Part shown: in pieces, positions 18,473 through 29,532 of the stretch
Layout of the letters: each line of letters starts with the position of its first letter
Numbering within the stretch: position 1 is the stretch's first letter
Assembly (NCBI GenBank): GCA_004563595.2
Contig: CP042461.1
Location: forward strand, 1,080,001-1,112,000
Origin: Candidatus Saccharimonadota bacterium
Lineage (GTDB): Bacteria; Patescibacteriota; Gracilibacteria; BD1-5; UBA6164
Direction of reading: 5' to 3'
Length of the DNA stretch: 32,000 nt
Made by a program: the position numbers and the translations under genes
Notes under the pieces: generated by a model
The model's input: the letters and a program-made list of their open reading frames with translations, nothing else
The model's database searches: none
What the model was told of the DNA's origin: nothing

Positions 18473-20005
18473 TTAAAATCTACTGACACAACGAACCCCC
18501 AGTGTATTTGTTTTATTTGAAGATCAAATAGTTCCATTCGTGAAAACTACACGTATTGATTGAGTTGAACTCGATTCAGTACTTGCCCAATAAGAGCTTT
18601 CATTCAATCAACCAATATCAGTTCTTTTCAAATACACATTCTCTAGTTCATTTTTTGATGGCAAATACCAGTCTGATCATATCTCTGTACATGAACGAGC
18701 AGCTGATGCAGTTGCACATCAAGCGAGAATATCAATTGTATTTTGTAGACCACCCCCATTACTCCCTGCTCATGAAATTGCCACTCCATCACATCACCAT
18801 ACTGTTCAAGGTAAATCACTATCTTTTGCAACAATAACTGTAGATGATTCAGTCGTTCATGCTATTTTGGATACTGCATCTGGATAATCCGGTATCTCAC
18901 ATCATACATAGTCTGATATATTCGAGTATATAAACGCTTGATTTCCTTGTGCCTCAGAATAAGTAATTGATTCTGTATTTGAACATGTAGTAGGAAATGG
19001 ACGACTTTCACAGTTCGATCCTGTATATGAATCTAGACATGTAAATCAACACTCTCATCCTCACTTGGTATACACCTGATTGATACTTGAAGCATTTATA
19101 GTGTACAATATATGTCAATTATCTATTGGTTTTGTTGAGGCGTCACATACAATTGATGCAATATTTAATATCTGACTATCCACAAATGCAATTTTATCTT
19201 CATCTGAAGTTTTCAATAACAGATCTTTATACAATAACTTACTTGCTAAACTTGACCCTGTATATGCTGATTGAATAGCTTCCACAAGTGCCAATTTTTC
19301 TCCTGTTGTTGATGTACTGTTTATACTTCCCGTATACACTGATAACACTAGATTCGGCAAGTTTCATGTAAATGCTTGAATCTTAGATGTTCACATATTC
19401 GGGAGATTTATTCATCAATTGATAACTTGTGACTTTATTACTTCTGAATCAAAAACCAGTCATCATACTACCTCTTGAGAGCTAATAATACTCGGAGTTG
19501 GGATAATATAATTAGTTGTTTTTACAAATATTCAATTATATGTCCCATCAATCCTTACACTCAGTTGATCTGCTGCATAAGTATTATTTATTATATCTGT
19601 ATGAGATATAATACTTCATTCATATAAGCTCATTAATTCGTATTCTTTTCTACTTTCAAGTGTTGAATATACATATTCCGTACCATATAATGGATCTAAT
19701 GGTATCTTTGATAAATTTTTTGATAAATTTGTAATAACATTCCCTCCGACAGTTCATTGATGCCAAACTACTGATCAACTATAAGTTACATTCTCTGAGT
19801 TATCTGGAAGGGGGTATTTTCATGTTTGAATTGAAAATAATTCTAGTGAGGTTTTTAAATTATTTATGCTTGAAAGCCTAGTAGAGTCTCTTGCATCTTT
19901 ATTATATCATTGTAAGCTTATGAACGCTATAGTTCATAATATTGCTAATATTGTAATAACTACTATCAGCTCTACTAATGTAAAGGCTGTGTTCTTCCTT
20001 TTCAT
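18473..20005 (-). CDS. Type IV pilin/pseudopilin-like protein with C-terminal DUF1566 (Lcl-like) domain (510 aa)
   Basis: The N-terminus MKRKNTAFTLVELIVVITILAILG is a prepilin cleavage/methylation motif. The C-terminus WYLPSKNELENVY...SYWASTE...VVFTNG...GVRCVSRF is the DUF1566 pattern. A Cys-rich middle region is present. Track ORF 19115-19360 is in frame. Confidence 0.85.
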
Positions 20006-20241
20006 ATTCGTGATTTAATATATAAGCGTAACTGAGTAATCATACGACTAATACTGGAATACATAAATTTTTCTTGACAAATACATTGACGACAAATTGC
20101 ATTATTTGCTAATATACATTATTTTATACCCTATATCTTCTTTTATTTTCTTGAAAACAGAAGTATTTTGCAAAAATAACGAGATCTCATTTCCTGTTCA
20201 AATAAAAGAAGAAGTTTTATAAAAAAATATCTGTAAATAAT

Positions 20242-20275
20242 AAAAAACAAATAGATAAATATCTATTTGTTTTTT
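20242..20275 (-). terminator. Hairpin terminator after purA (bidirectional)
   Basis: acaaatagat (20247-20256) pairs with atctatttgt (20261-20270), flanked by an A-run and a T-run. Confidence 0.65.
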
Positions 20276-20287
20276 ATTATTTAATTG

Positions 20288-21862
20288 TTATATACTCCTT
20301 AATGGAGATCATTTTCTTAATTCAATGTCATCACGCTTTGGTCATGTTCATATCAAGAATTCCTTTTCTTCATCTTTTCTAAAAATTGCAGCATTATAAT
20401 ATCATAATAATTTTTCAATTTTTGTGTGTATGTCTCATTCTAATTCTATCAGATTGAGATCATTATGAGTTAAATCAAACAATGCAGCTTGTGCAGATTT
20501 TTCAGGATAATTTTTTAACAAATTCTTCGGCATAATTACTTCACCCCCCGCAATTCATACTTGTATATTTTCTAATGGACCATCTATTATTTTTTGAGCA
20601 GTATATGAGAATCCGGTAGCTAATCTTAATAGTCAGTTATCTATGGCAAGTGAACCTTCTATCCCATCTACCCTATTGTAAACTGGTACAATTTTTGATT
20701 CTGTATCAATTCAACGAACATTTAACCATGCTCCTCTTGCTGTCTCGGGTAGAGAATGATGATATAAATCTCTTTGCCTTCATGTTGATACTCAGAACTC
20801 TTGATACTCTTGTCTAAAATCGTTTAATTCTGGAGAAGCCTCATGTTTTAAGTAACCTGGACGTTCTCCAACACTACTTGCTGGCATTTTATGTATTAAA
20901 AATATGTTTCATATTTTTTGAGAAGTTAATCAAGTTGTATCTGAAAAGGTTTGTAAACTTGGGTCAGAGGCTGTTCAAAAAAAACTATTTCATGATCAAA
21001 TCATAGAAGACTGTGCTCACTCTCATACAATTATCTTTCATTTTCCATGCAAAGACTTTATATATTGCCTTTCATTTCAAATAATTTCTATATCTCAATT
21101 TTTAATATATTTGCATATTTTCTCTCTTTCTTTTTTTGCACTTTGAATTAAATCATCAGTACTAATATTTGGAAAGGTATCTTTATATCATTCCCATAAT
21201 GCTTCAATTGAAGAATAAAATAAATCTTGATGGTATAATAAATCATTTAACGAAAAATGTAGTCTCTGGATTTCAGATGAATATGCCCTGCTAATCCCAC
21301 TTCAAGTAGATCATATTTCCCTTAATCAAGAAGTCTTTCTTCTACATATTTCATCAAATGCGTCAAGTAATACATTATGCATTCATATAACAATAGTCTC
21401 TCAGCTTATTTTTAAGCCTGATTTAGAAATATCAATTCATCCCTCTTGTAATTTTTTTAATTCTGGAATAAGTCCAACTTCAACTATATTTCCATCTTTT
21501 CTTTTTAAAAGTTCCTCAAGCGTAGAAATACAATAAACTCACCTTTTTGTAATCGAAATTTTATCAATATCAATTTTATTTAAATCAATCCCAAGAACAC
21601 AACCACTTGTTATTATGTTTACCTTTCATTCTGAAATCATCCCTGAAGGGAGAATATGAAGATCAAATTCTTTATCTCACACTTTTACAGTATGTCATGC
21701 ATTATGCCCCCCATTAAAACGAACAACAACATGACTTTCTTGCATCAGTCTATCTGTAATTTTTCATTTTCATTCATCTCACCATTGATTTCATAATACT
21801 AATGATGCTCCTATATCATGATGCCTTTCTTCTATCTCTGATCCCTGAAACCAATTTTCCAT
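20288..21862 (-). CDS. purA: Adenylosuccinate synthetase, unusually long (524 aa under table 25)
   Basis: LGNQWGDEGKGKITD, RFNGGHNAGHTV, ILPSG, EIGSTGSGISRAY, VGEGAQSSM and EFGVSTGRQRD. All GDEGKGK Gly residues are TGA. The frame is consistent from comp(21860-21862) to TAA at comp(20288-20290). Confidence 0.85.
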
Positions 21863-21994
21863 AATATATTTATTTTAATAAAATAGACTCAAAACATTTT
21901 ATAATATACAATATAAACGATGAAATGCAAATATATTATTGACTTTCATTTTTAAAGCACTATTATCAAACGATAATATTATTTATACAGACAA

Positions 21995-22411
21995 ATGAAC
22001 ACTCTTCCAGAACACAAATTAGCAGAAATAAATGCTGAAATTCTTGAACTTGATGATTTAATAAGCGAAATTATATCAGCAGTAAAGAATAAACAAGATA
22101 CTATTATTAATAATAATATTCAAAAAAAATGCTATCATAGCTTATTTACATGAGGTATATATGTATGATTGGAGAATGCTTTTGTGAGAGATATTGAAAC
22201 ATATACATTAGGAACTTTAGATACTATTTCATTAGCTATATCACCCCAAATACTCGATAATGATTTAAGAAGTTTTTTATCTATCATTATCTATAATAGA
22301 TTGTTTCTAACTCATCAGTTGTGAGATCAAGAAAAAAATCACATCCCAGAACTCAATGAGATCAATTTAAAAAAGCTTCAAAATAAGTCAAGTACCGATC
22401 TAGATAAATAA
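21995..22411 (+). CDS. Hypothetical protein (138 aa)
   Basis: ATG..TAA frame with 3 TGA=Gly, followed by a terminator. No family was recognised. Confidence 0.5.
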
Positions 22412-22426
22412 ATGAAAAGAATTATA

Positions 22427-22450
22427 AAAGCACCTAGAAGTAGGTGCTTT
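22427..22450. terminator. Shared hairpin between convergent genes
   Basis: aaagcacct pairs with aggtgcttt. Confidence 0.6.
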
Positions 22451-23073
22451 TATAATTCTTTTATATTTTTAATAATAGTTTCAACTGCTCAAGATAAATC
22501 ATCTTTTGGTATCCGTATTTTTCCCCCTTCTAGTTCTCAAATATCATTTTTAAAATTATCTGTCCATGGAGTATGAAAAAATACATTCCTTATTTTTTTA
22601 TTATATTGATTTATATAAAAGGTTGTTAAATACATCAATGAATTACATACAAAAGAATCTGCATCTGCAGATATTTCTACTCAAATTCATTCTCACCTTA
22701 ATATATTAGCTATTTTATGAGCATCCGAATTCATTTTTAAAAAATAATCTCCATCATCAACTATAGTTTCAGCTTTTGGAGACTCCCCATTTGCATCTAA
22801 ATATTTACCATTCATGACATTGTGAGCTGTTGATTCAATTCTTATTCCTCCTACTCAAGAAGATAGTCACATGCTAATTATTGCAGTAGGTTTTACTTCC
22901 TCAATAAGCTCTTTTAAACTTTCAAATGCTCATTTATAAGTACATGGAAGTACTAAAGAGTTCACCTTTTTATTACCAATCACTCTGTCTTGTAACTCTC
23001 TAGCTGCATCTTGAACAGGATTATATTTGTATGGACCGAATGGTTCAAAACCAGTAACAATAACGTTTTCCAT
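22450..23073 (-). CDS. pcp: Pyroglutamyl-peptidase I (peptidase C15), 207 aa
   Basis: VIVTGFEPFG, GIRIESTAHN, ADSFVCNSLMY (catalytic Cys) and FFHTP (catalytic His). Confidence 0.88.
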
Positions 23074-23088
23074 TGAGTCTTGAATTAT

Positions 23089-23158
23089 AATATAGTTATA
23101 CATTAATATATAACTATATTATATATAACTATATTATATATAACTATATTATATATAG
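23089..23158. repeat. 12-bp inverted repeat plus 3.5 tandem copies of a 15-bp unit (atatataactatatt) upstream of pcp
   Basis: aatatagttata (23089-23100) is the reverse complement of tataactatatt (23109-23120). Exact 15-mers lie at 23106, 23121 and 23136, with a partial copy at 23151. Confidence 0.8.
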
Positions 23159-23194
23159 TCAATAGGACTGTATTTATTCTTCTTAATATTAAAA

Positions 23195-23572
23195 CTACAT
23201 AGAGTTCACATGAAAAAAATTTAATTTATTTCCATCTAAATCTCTGAAGTATCATGCATAGAAAGCTCCTTCCCCTCTTATTCCTGCTTCTCACTCATCA
23301 GTTGCTCCAAGCTCTATTGCTTTTTTATAGAGTCTATCTACTTCATCATTAGAATCTACTTTAATAGCTGTCATACTCCCATTTCATGCAGTTGCAACTT
23401 TCCCATCAAATGGTTTTATAACTGAAACCCCGGGTTCACCTGCTTTGTTTGTCCATGCAACAAAATTTTCCATGTCTAGAAAACGTGATCCTCAAATCTC
23501 TCATAGTAAAGCATCATAAAACTTTACTGCCATATCAAAATTATTTGTTCAAAGTGTTACATATCAAATCAT
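23195..23572 (-). CDS. VOC/glyoxalase-family protein (125 aa)
   Basis: MIGYVTLGTNNFDMAVKFYDALL...AGYFRDLDGNKLNFF is the typical VOC fold sequence. Confidence 0.8.
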
Positions 23573-23874
23573 AATATTATGTTAAAAATTAATGAAATCA
23601 TTCTATATAATGGTAGCTAATATTAAAGTTATTCTCTTCAACTAAAGGATTCATATTATGAATTTTAGTAACTATTTGATAGTCATTTAATACTTTATTT
23701 TTATATACTCATTATATATACATATAATATATACTAAATAATTATTATTACAAATATTTTTTTATTTTTCTTGATTTATATTTTGATTCTCGACCTCAAC
23801 AAATCAATAGTCATCTCTGTTTGTAAAATTTACAAAATTACATAAAATACATACATATTTTTTAAGAATAATAC

Positions 23875-25050
23875 ATGACAAAAAAACAGAACAAAAAAAC
23901 AACAAAATCACTTCCCTCGACAAAAATTGAGAATAAAGACATTGAATATAAAGCTTCTTGGTTAGAGTTATTCTTTGACTTAGTGTTTGTTGCCCTTGTG
24001 GCACAACTAACATACTATTTTAGTCATCATCACAGCTCACCAAAAGACTTTATTCATGTATTTCTTATGTGATATATGATATTTCTTTCTTGGTGGGGTA
24101 CAACAGCGAACCGTAACTTGAAACAACAAGATGATACCTTTGATATTTTTGTCATACAAATCCAAATGGTACTTGCTATGGTTATGAGCATTAGTTTACC
24201 AATCGCTTTTTCTGACTCTCCGTATAGCTTTATATTTTTTCTCATGTTTGGGCTCATTCGTTGACTATGACTCGGTATGATTCTACACTTATATAAAGAG
24301 CATCCAAACAAAGCACCAAAAACAAGAAATATGTTAACTTGATTCTTTATCGCTGTACTATTATGGGTCATAGCTGGTTTTGTAGGTGAGCCATATGTAT
24401 ATACTTTTGCTTTTATGGCTCTTGCTCTTGATATACTCACTCCTTTCACAACAGGAAAAGGAAATAAGATGGTATATTTAAATATGCATCATCTCGTTGA
24501 AAGGCTCTGACTTCTTATCTTGATGGTTATGTGAGAAAGTGTACTTGTAGTAGCTCTTGCTAACACAGCAGCTTGAAACTTTGACCTAAGAAATATCGTA
24601 TTTGTAAGTGCATGAATGTTTCAAATGATTGCTATTTGGTGGTTATATTTCCCATATATTAAGCTCAAGCTCAAATGAAAAAGGGCAAGATCATTTCAGT
24701 TGATGTTACAATCACATATCGCCCTATTATGAAGCCTTGTTTTGTTGGCTACCTGACTAAAAGTCCTTTTGAAACATTATGAATCAAGTTTTACAGAGGA
24801 TCTTATATTTATTTCAGGACTATTTTTAGTTGTAGCATCATTCAATAGCATAAGAGCATCACTTACTCATAGCTTAAAAATATCTCTTTTACATGTATGT
24901 ATTTTTTGAATTTGAATTGCTTGAATCACTGCATGAGTGCAAATTTTCCAATTATCAAACACAACTCTTGTTCTTGTAAGTACTCTCTGGTTAATTATCT
25001 ATACCTTTTATGATTATCATGAATGCTTCTGAAATAAATGTGATATGTAA
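23875..25050 (+). CDS. LtrA (low temperature requirement A)-family membrane protein (391 aa)
   Basis: SWLELFFDLVFVALVAQL and HHLVERLGLLILMVMGESV are LtrA hallmarks. About 10 TM segments are present. Track ORFs 23875 and 24076 are in frame. Confidence 0.8.
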
Positions 25051-25054
25051 AAAA

Positions 25055-25086
25055 AGAGAGAAGCCTATAAGCTTCTCTCTTTTTTT
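25055..25086. terminator. Bidirectional terminator between LtrA and the MFS gene
   Basis: agagagaagc (25055-25064) pairs with gcttctctct (25071-25080), flanked by an A-run and a T-run. Confidence 0.75.
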
Positions 25087-25100
25087 ACATCATATATCAT

Positions 25101-26348
25101 CTATTCACAAAATTTTTTATTCCTTGCTAACATCTTTCTAAAAAATCATACATATACCAGGATTGATATGAGAGGAACCACGGAAATAATAATAAATATT
25201 GAAATATCAGTTATTGCATATAAAAATGATCATAAAACTGGAGCGACCATTGACATCAAACTATCTAACGATGAAGAAATTCACATTACCTCTCATTGAG
25301 ACCTCTCATCAGCTGACTTCGAAAACAAAGCCTGCAGAGTTGTCATAGAAAGTGATATTCACAAAACAGCCACAAAGTATGCTATGGTGTAAAGTATAAT
25401 ATTTGGAGAAAGTCACATTCCTAAATATCAGAGAAACATTGCTCATTGCCCTACGATGAGTCAATGCAAATCCCCTACTCTTTTCACGATTGGTTGAATT
25501 GAAAAACTTTGATGGAAGATAAGAAAACTCCCTGTTATCATCAGGTAGTATCAAACTGTAAGTGGACTAAATCCAAACTTATCAATTAAATATAATACTG
25601 AAATCGTTGTATACATAGTAAAAGCAAGAAACATTAAAAGTTTCATTACTACAGAAAACTTAATAGTGGTAATATGCCAGTATTTTGATATTTTACGAAT
25701 AATATTCATATCTTTGAATGAAATCTGCAATTCTTTTTGTTTATTCTCCTCCTTTAAACTCTCAGTTACCTTGAAAAACATAATACCCAGCGTAATGGCT
25801 GATACTATTCACCCAACTATAGCCGTTCAGAGGAATCAATACTCTGTCCCCATAGAAAAAGCTCAAAGAGAAGGTCAAATGATCAATGTCACCCCCATAA
25901 CAGCACTATTTTTCCCAAAAATAACTGTCCTCTCTGCCTTCGTTGTCATATCTGAGATCATCGCACTAATTACAGACATGTTTCATCAGGTAATTCCATC
26001 AACTATTCTTGAAAGAAAAATAGCTAAAATTGGAAGAAATATTATTCCAAAGATATGAGTTTCCGGTAAAAAGTATGCAATTCATAAAATAATCCAACTG
26101 AAAAAAGTACCTCACTGAGTTAAGAGCATCACTGGCTTTCTTCAATACTTATCAGATAGAGAGCCTATAATAGGCGCTCAAAAAAACTGGAAGAAACTAT
26201 ATGAAGCTACCAAAAATCATAACATAATCTCTGGTTGACCATATGTCTTTAACAGGAATGGAAATATAGGAATCATCATGGTAAAACTTAAACCGTTTAC
26301 AAAAGTTAAAAGGTAGACCATCAAAAATTTAGATTTCAAAAATTGCAT
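25101..26348 (-). CDS. MFS transporter, DHA1/TetA-like (415 aa)
   Basis: GSLSDKYGRKPVML (motif A) and SRIVDGITGGN. I checked every codon from 25101 to 25553. Track ORF 25551-25781 is in frame. The 25309-25554 track ORF is out of frame and spurious. Confidence 0.85.
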
Positions 26349-26361
26349 ATAATAATTATAT

Positions 26362-26402
26362 AAAAAAATATCTTCCCCCTATTATACGAAATAAGGGGAA
26401 GA
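26362..26402 (-). terminator. Terminator after the GST gene
   Basis: tcttcccc (26371-26378) pairs with ggggaaga (26395-26402). The minus strand has a T-run after the hairpin. Confidence 0.6.
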
Positions 26403-26410
26403 AAAAAATA

Positions 26411-27031
26411 TTATTTTTCAGGATTATGAATTTTCACAATTTTTTGAATTGATTCATCTTCCATCATAAGGTCAAAGAATTTTTTCAAATTTGGATACTC
26501 CATTACCGTTTTTGGAATCATAAATGACCAACGTAGAACAGTAAACACATATGCATCTGCTACACTTCTTTTATCTCCTAGCATATATTTATTATCTGCT
26601 AAGTGTTCATTTAAGTAATTCATTTGTCTTTCAATACGTGCATATGATGCTTCTTTTGCAGCAGCTATTGATGCATCATCAGTTTCAGTTGTATATAGAT
26701 GAGGGACAAAAACAGATCAAAATGCAGGGTGTAAATCACCATTCACCACCGCTAATGCATTATTTAATTTATAATCTCATTCTATTGTTCCATCTGATCA
26801 TAAGTCAGCATCTGGATATTTTTTTACAAGGTATTTTAGTAATGCATCATTTTGTGTCATTACTTCCCCATTTCCATCTCTCATAGCTGGAACAGCTCAT
26901 TTTGGAGCAATCTTTCTATATTCATCTGAACCAATTTGAACTTGTACTGCTTCATATGGTACCCCTAACCATTCTAAAACTATATGTTCAGACATAGCAC
27001 AAGAATTTGGCGAATAGTATAATGTAATCAT
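26411..27031 (-). CDS. Glutathione S-transferase, beta-class-like (206 aa)
   Basis: The N-terminus MITLYYSPNSCAMSEHIVLEW..APKG(TGA)AVPAM and the C-terminal domain ...LGDKRSVADAYVFTVLRW. Track ORFs 26411 and 26897 are in frame. Confidence 0.85.
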
Positions 27032-27068
27032 AATCTTTACTTTAAAAAATAATAAGCTATATTTATGG

Positions 27069-27095
27069 TAGTTACTATAATATATATAGTAACTA
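27069..27095. promoter_or_regulatory. 27-bp perfect palindrome in the GST/HxlR divergent intergenic region (candidate operator)
   Basis: tagttactata-atata-tatagtaacta has 11-bp arms that are exact reverse complements. Confidence 0.45.
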
Positions 27096-27189
27096 TATAC
27101 TATGTAGTTAGTATAATATTGCAAGTTAAAATTGATTTTTTTTTAATAATGGCTAATATATCGGTAAGTTTATACATAAATATCAAAAT

Positions 27190-27504
27190 ATGACTCCTAA
27201 ATCATGTTGAGAATGATGCCCAATTGTCACTCTTGTTTCATTTATTTCAAAAAAATGGATGCTTTTCATTATTAGAGCAATAGCTGATGGAGCGTCTTGT
27301 TATAGTGAAATGGAAAAAGAATTACAAAATATTAACCCTAGTATTTTATCATCTAGACTCAAAGAGCTACAGGATTTTGGTTTTGTAGAGAAAAAAATTG
27401 TTTCTGAGTCCCCTGTTAAAATTGAGTATAAGCTCACAAAAAAATGAAAAAGTTTTTCTCAGCAAATCGAAAATATAGTAAATTGGTCTGTAGAATGGAT
27501 GTAA
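27190..27504 (+). CDS. HxlR-family winged-helix transcriptional regulator (104 aa)
   Basis: CPIVTLVSFISKKWMLFIIRAI...YSEMEKEL..INPSILSSRLKELQDFGFVEKK...PVKIEYKLTKKG matches the HxlR pattern. Confidence 0.85.
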
Positions 27505-27520
27505 TTAAATACACTTAAAA

Positions 27521-27549
27521 AGCCTAAATCGAAAGATTTAGGCTTTTTG
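27521..27549 (+). terminator. Rho-independent terminator
   Basis: agcctaaatc-gaaa-gatttaggct hairpin followed by ttttt. Confidence 0.75.
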
Positions 27550-27628
27550 ACAGCTTGATGCAGACACATATATCCTATAAACTATTTACTTATAAAATAC
27601 AGGTCATTACTATTCTTATTAAGCGCTC

Positions 27629-27961
27629 TTACGCTCTTCCACAAAGACAATAAAATTCGGGATTATTTTGAGCGTCTATTACAGAGGTTACAGCTTGTTT
27701 AAGATTTACAAAGTCCTTTACTACTGGATTTTTTTTCAAAAATAATGAACATAGATTTCGAGCATCAATTTGATCAAAAATTTTTGCCTTATAGATCAAC
27801 CTATGACAAAAATTGCACTCCTTCATAAATCCTATTGCTAATGCAACTTCAACCCCTTTGGTAGGTTGAAATATATCATGTGCAACATGTCCCATAGTAA
27901 CTTTTCCTCGCGATAAGTGAATCAAGCACCGAGAGTATATAAGCATATTTGACTCTGTCAA
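27629..27961 (-). CDS. Hypothetical protein (about 105-110 aa); start unclear (TTG at 27961 or ATG 5 codons in)
   Basis: Uninterrupted ORF with no TGA, directly downstream of the DUF4015-like gene. No family was recognised. Confidence 0.4.
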   Translation of the reverse strand: MTESNMLIYSRCLIHLSRGKVTMGHVAHDIFQPTKGVEVALAIGFMKECNFCHRLIYKAKIFDQIDARNLCSLFLKKNPVVKDFVNLKQAVTSVIDAQNNPEFYCLCGRA

Positions 27962-27969
27962 TTCTTAAT

Positions 27970-29532
27970 TTATTTTTCTGTATTTTCTTCACAAGCTCCC
28001 TCAACAATGCCTATTGCTTTTGCATTTTTCGCTACACATGTATTTGAAAATGTCTGTTTAATAGGGTCACATGGAGCCTTGATACATTGAACTTCAACTT
28101 TTCCACATACTGGAGAATATTCCATAGTACATAGAGAGATTTCTTCCTTTGGAATTATTTTTTGTGGAATTGTTTCTTTGTCATACCAATCAAAATAATA
28201 GTTTGAACGTGAGTTCCATACCCACCATGAATTCAGTCATGAATCTTCAATCGCTTTTATTTGTTGTCTAAATTTTGTTCTTGTATATGGAACATATCCT
28301 TTGCACCGTGTACATGAAAATCATTGTAACCATGCTCTTATTTTTGTTTTTTTGATAGGTTTGAGTGCTTCTAGATCTTTTTCAGCATCAAAAATTCACT
28401 TTATTTTTACTTTTCTATTTTCTGTTTTTGCGAGTTCAATTTCTGTATTTAATAGATCTATTCTATCATTTGTATGTTTTAATGCATCTTTTATAACCTC
28501 ATATGGATGATTATCTGGTGCAGTAAAGCCGAGATATCCTTTTCCATAATGAGAGGCATAAACCATTGGGCCTACATAATCAAAATACAGAAGAAATGAT
28601 TCTAAATTTTGACCTATTTGGAATAAATCAGTATTGGTCACGAGTCAAAAGACATCAGCAGATAACACAATTCCTGGTGATTCTTCTCTCAGCTTGGTAG
28701 TGAAATAATTTGAGAATTTATCAAGTACCATAATTTTTCCCCACTTCCCATTTTGAGCTTGAATCGTACCAGAAAATGGATAATAGGTTTGACTTACTCT
28801 CCCATCTGAAGGAAAACGTACATAATCAAAGTTGATTTCATCAAATCCTAGTTCATATATATGATTCGCTATCTCAGCATTATAATCCCAAACTTCTTTA
28901 CTATATGGATCTAAATACTTTTTCCCTTTGTAATCATACCAAACTGTTTTTTGATCGGTCCATTTTATTGCTAAATCTGATCTTTTTTCTGCCAGTAATT
29001 TATCTTTAAAAAGAACTACTCTCCCAATGATATATACATTATTTTCATGGAGAGTTTCTATCAATTTTTTAATATCTTTTATCTGATTATTTGATGTGGG
29101 TTTAATATTTCCAAACTTATCATTGGGCATTTCAAAACTCACATACCCACTTACCGTTTTCACATCAATAGTAACTGAATTTACTTCCTTTGTTTTTACG
29201 AGATTTAAAAGAGTATTGAGTTTTTTCTCACTATTTGCAGAAGGAGCTGTAACATATACAGACTTTACAGCATCTGGAGTTTTTATATGTATAGGTTTTT
29301 TTATGGGTTCTGGTATTATCTCCGGTTCTACCACAACTTCTGTTACAATTATTTTTTCTTTTTCATTCGTTGTTCATGTTGAGCTTAACTCACTCTTTAT
29401 TACTGATCAAATCTCATGTTTTTCAGTTCATTTTTCTCACCAAAAATCAATATCTGGCATCCCAATATTGATATTTAAAATTGATAGTAAAACTATCGGT
29501 ACCCCTATCGAATATAAAATTGGTTTCCTCAT
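27970..29532 (-). CDS. Secreted or anchored DUF4015-like putative glycoside hydrolase with Cys-rich (Kazal-like) C-terminal module (520 aa)
   Basis: N-terminal anchor MRKPILYSIGVPIVLLSIL. The core GFDEINFDYVRFPSDG is the GHL/DUF4015 hallmark. The C-terminus reads YSPVCGKVEVQCIKAPCDPIKQTFSNTCVAKNAKAIGIVEGAC. I checked every codon in 27970-28398 and 29332-29550. Confidence 0.75.

Noticed and set aside
23106-23158. Possible CRISPR array or minisatellite.
   Set aside because: The 15-nt units are directly abutting with no spacers, there are only 3.5 copies, and no cas genes are present. It is a simple tandem repeat in a promoter region.
25309-25554. 81-aa minus-strand track ORF inside the MFS gene region.
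   Set aside because: It is out of frame with the MFS reading frame, which continues through TGA at 25551-25553 and gives sensible TM segments.
26897-27124. The longer GST start (track ORF begins at 27124: MQYYTNYIVYSYYIYY...).
   Set aside because: The extension is low-complexity AT-rich translation overlapping the palindrome and promoter region. The canonical GST N-terminus MITLYYSP begins at comp 27029-27031.
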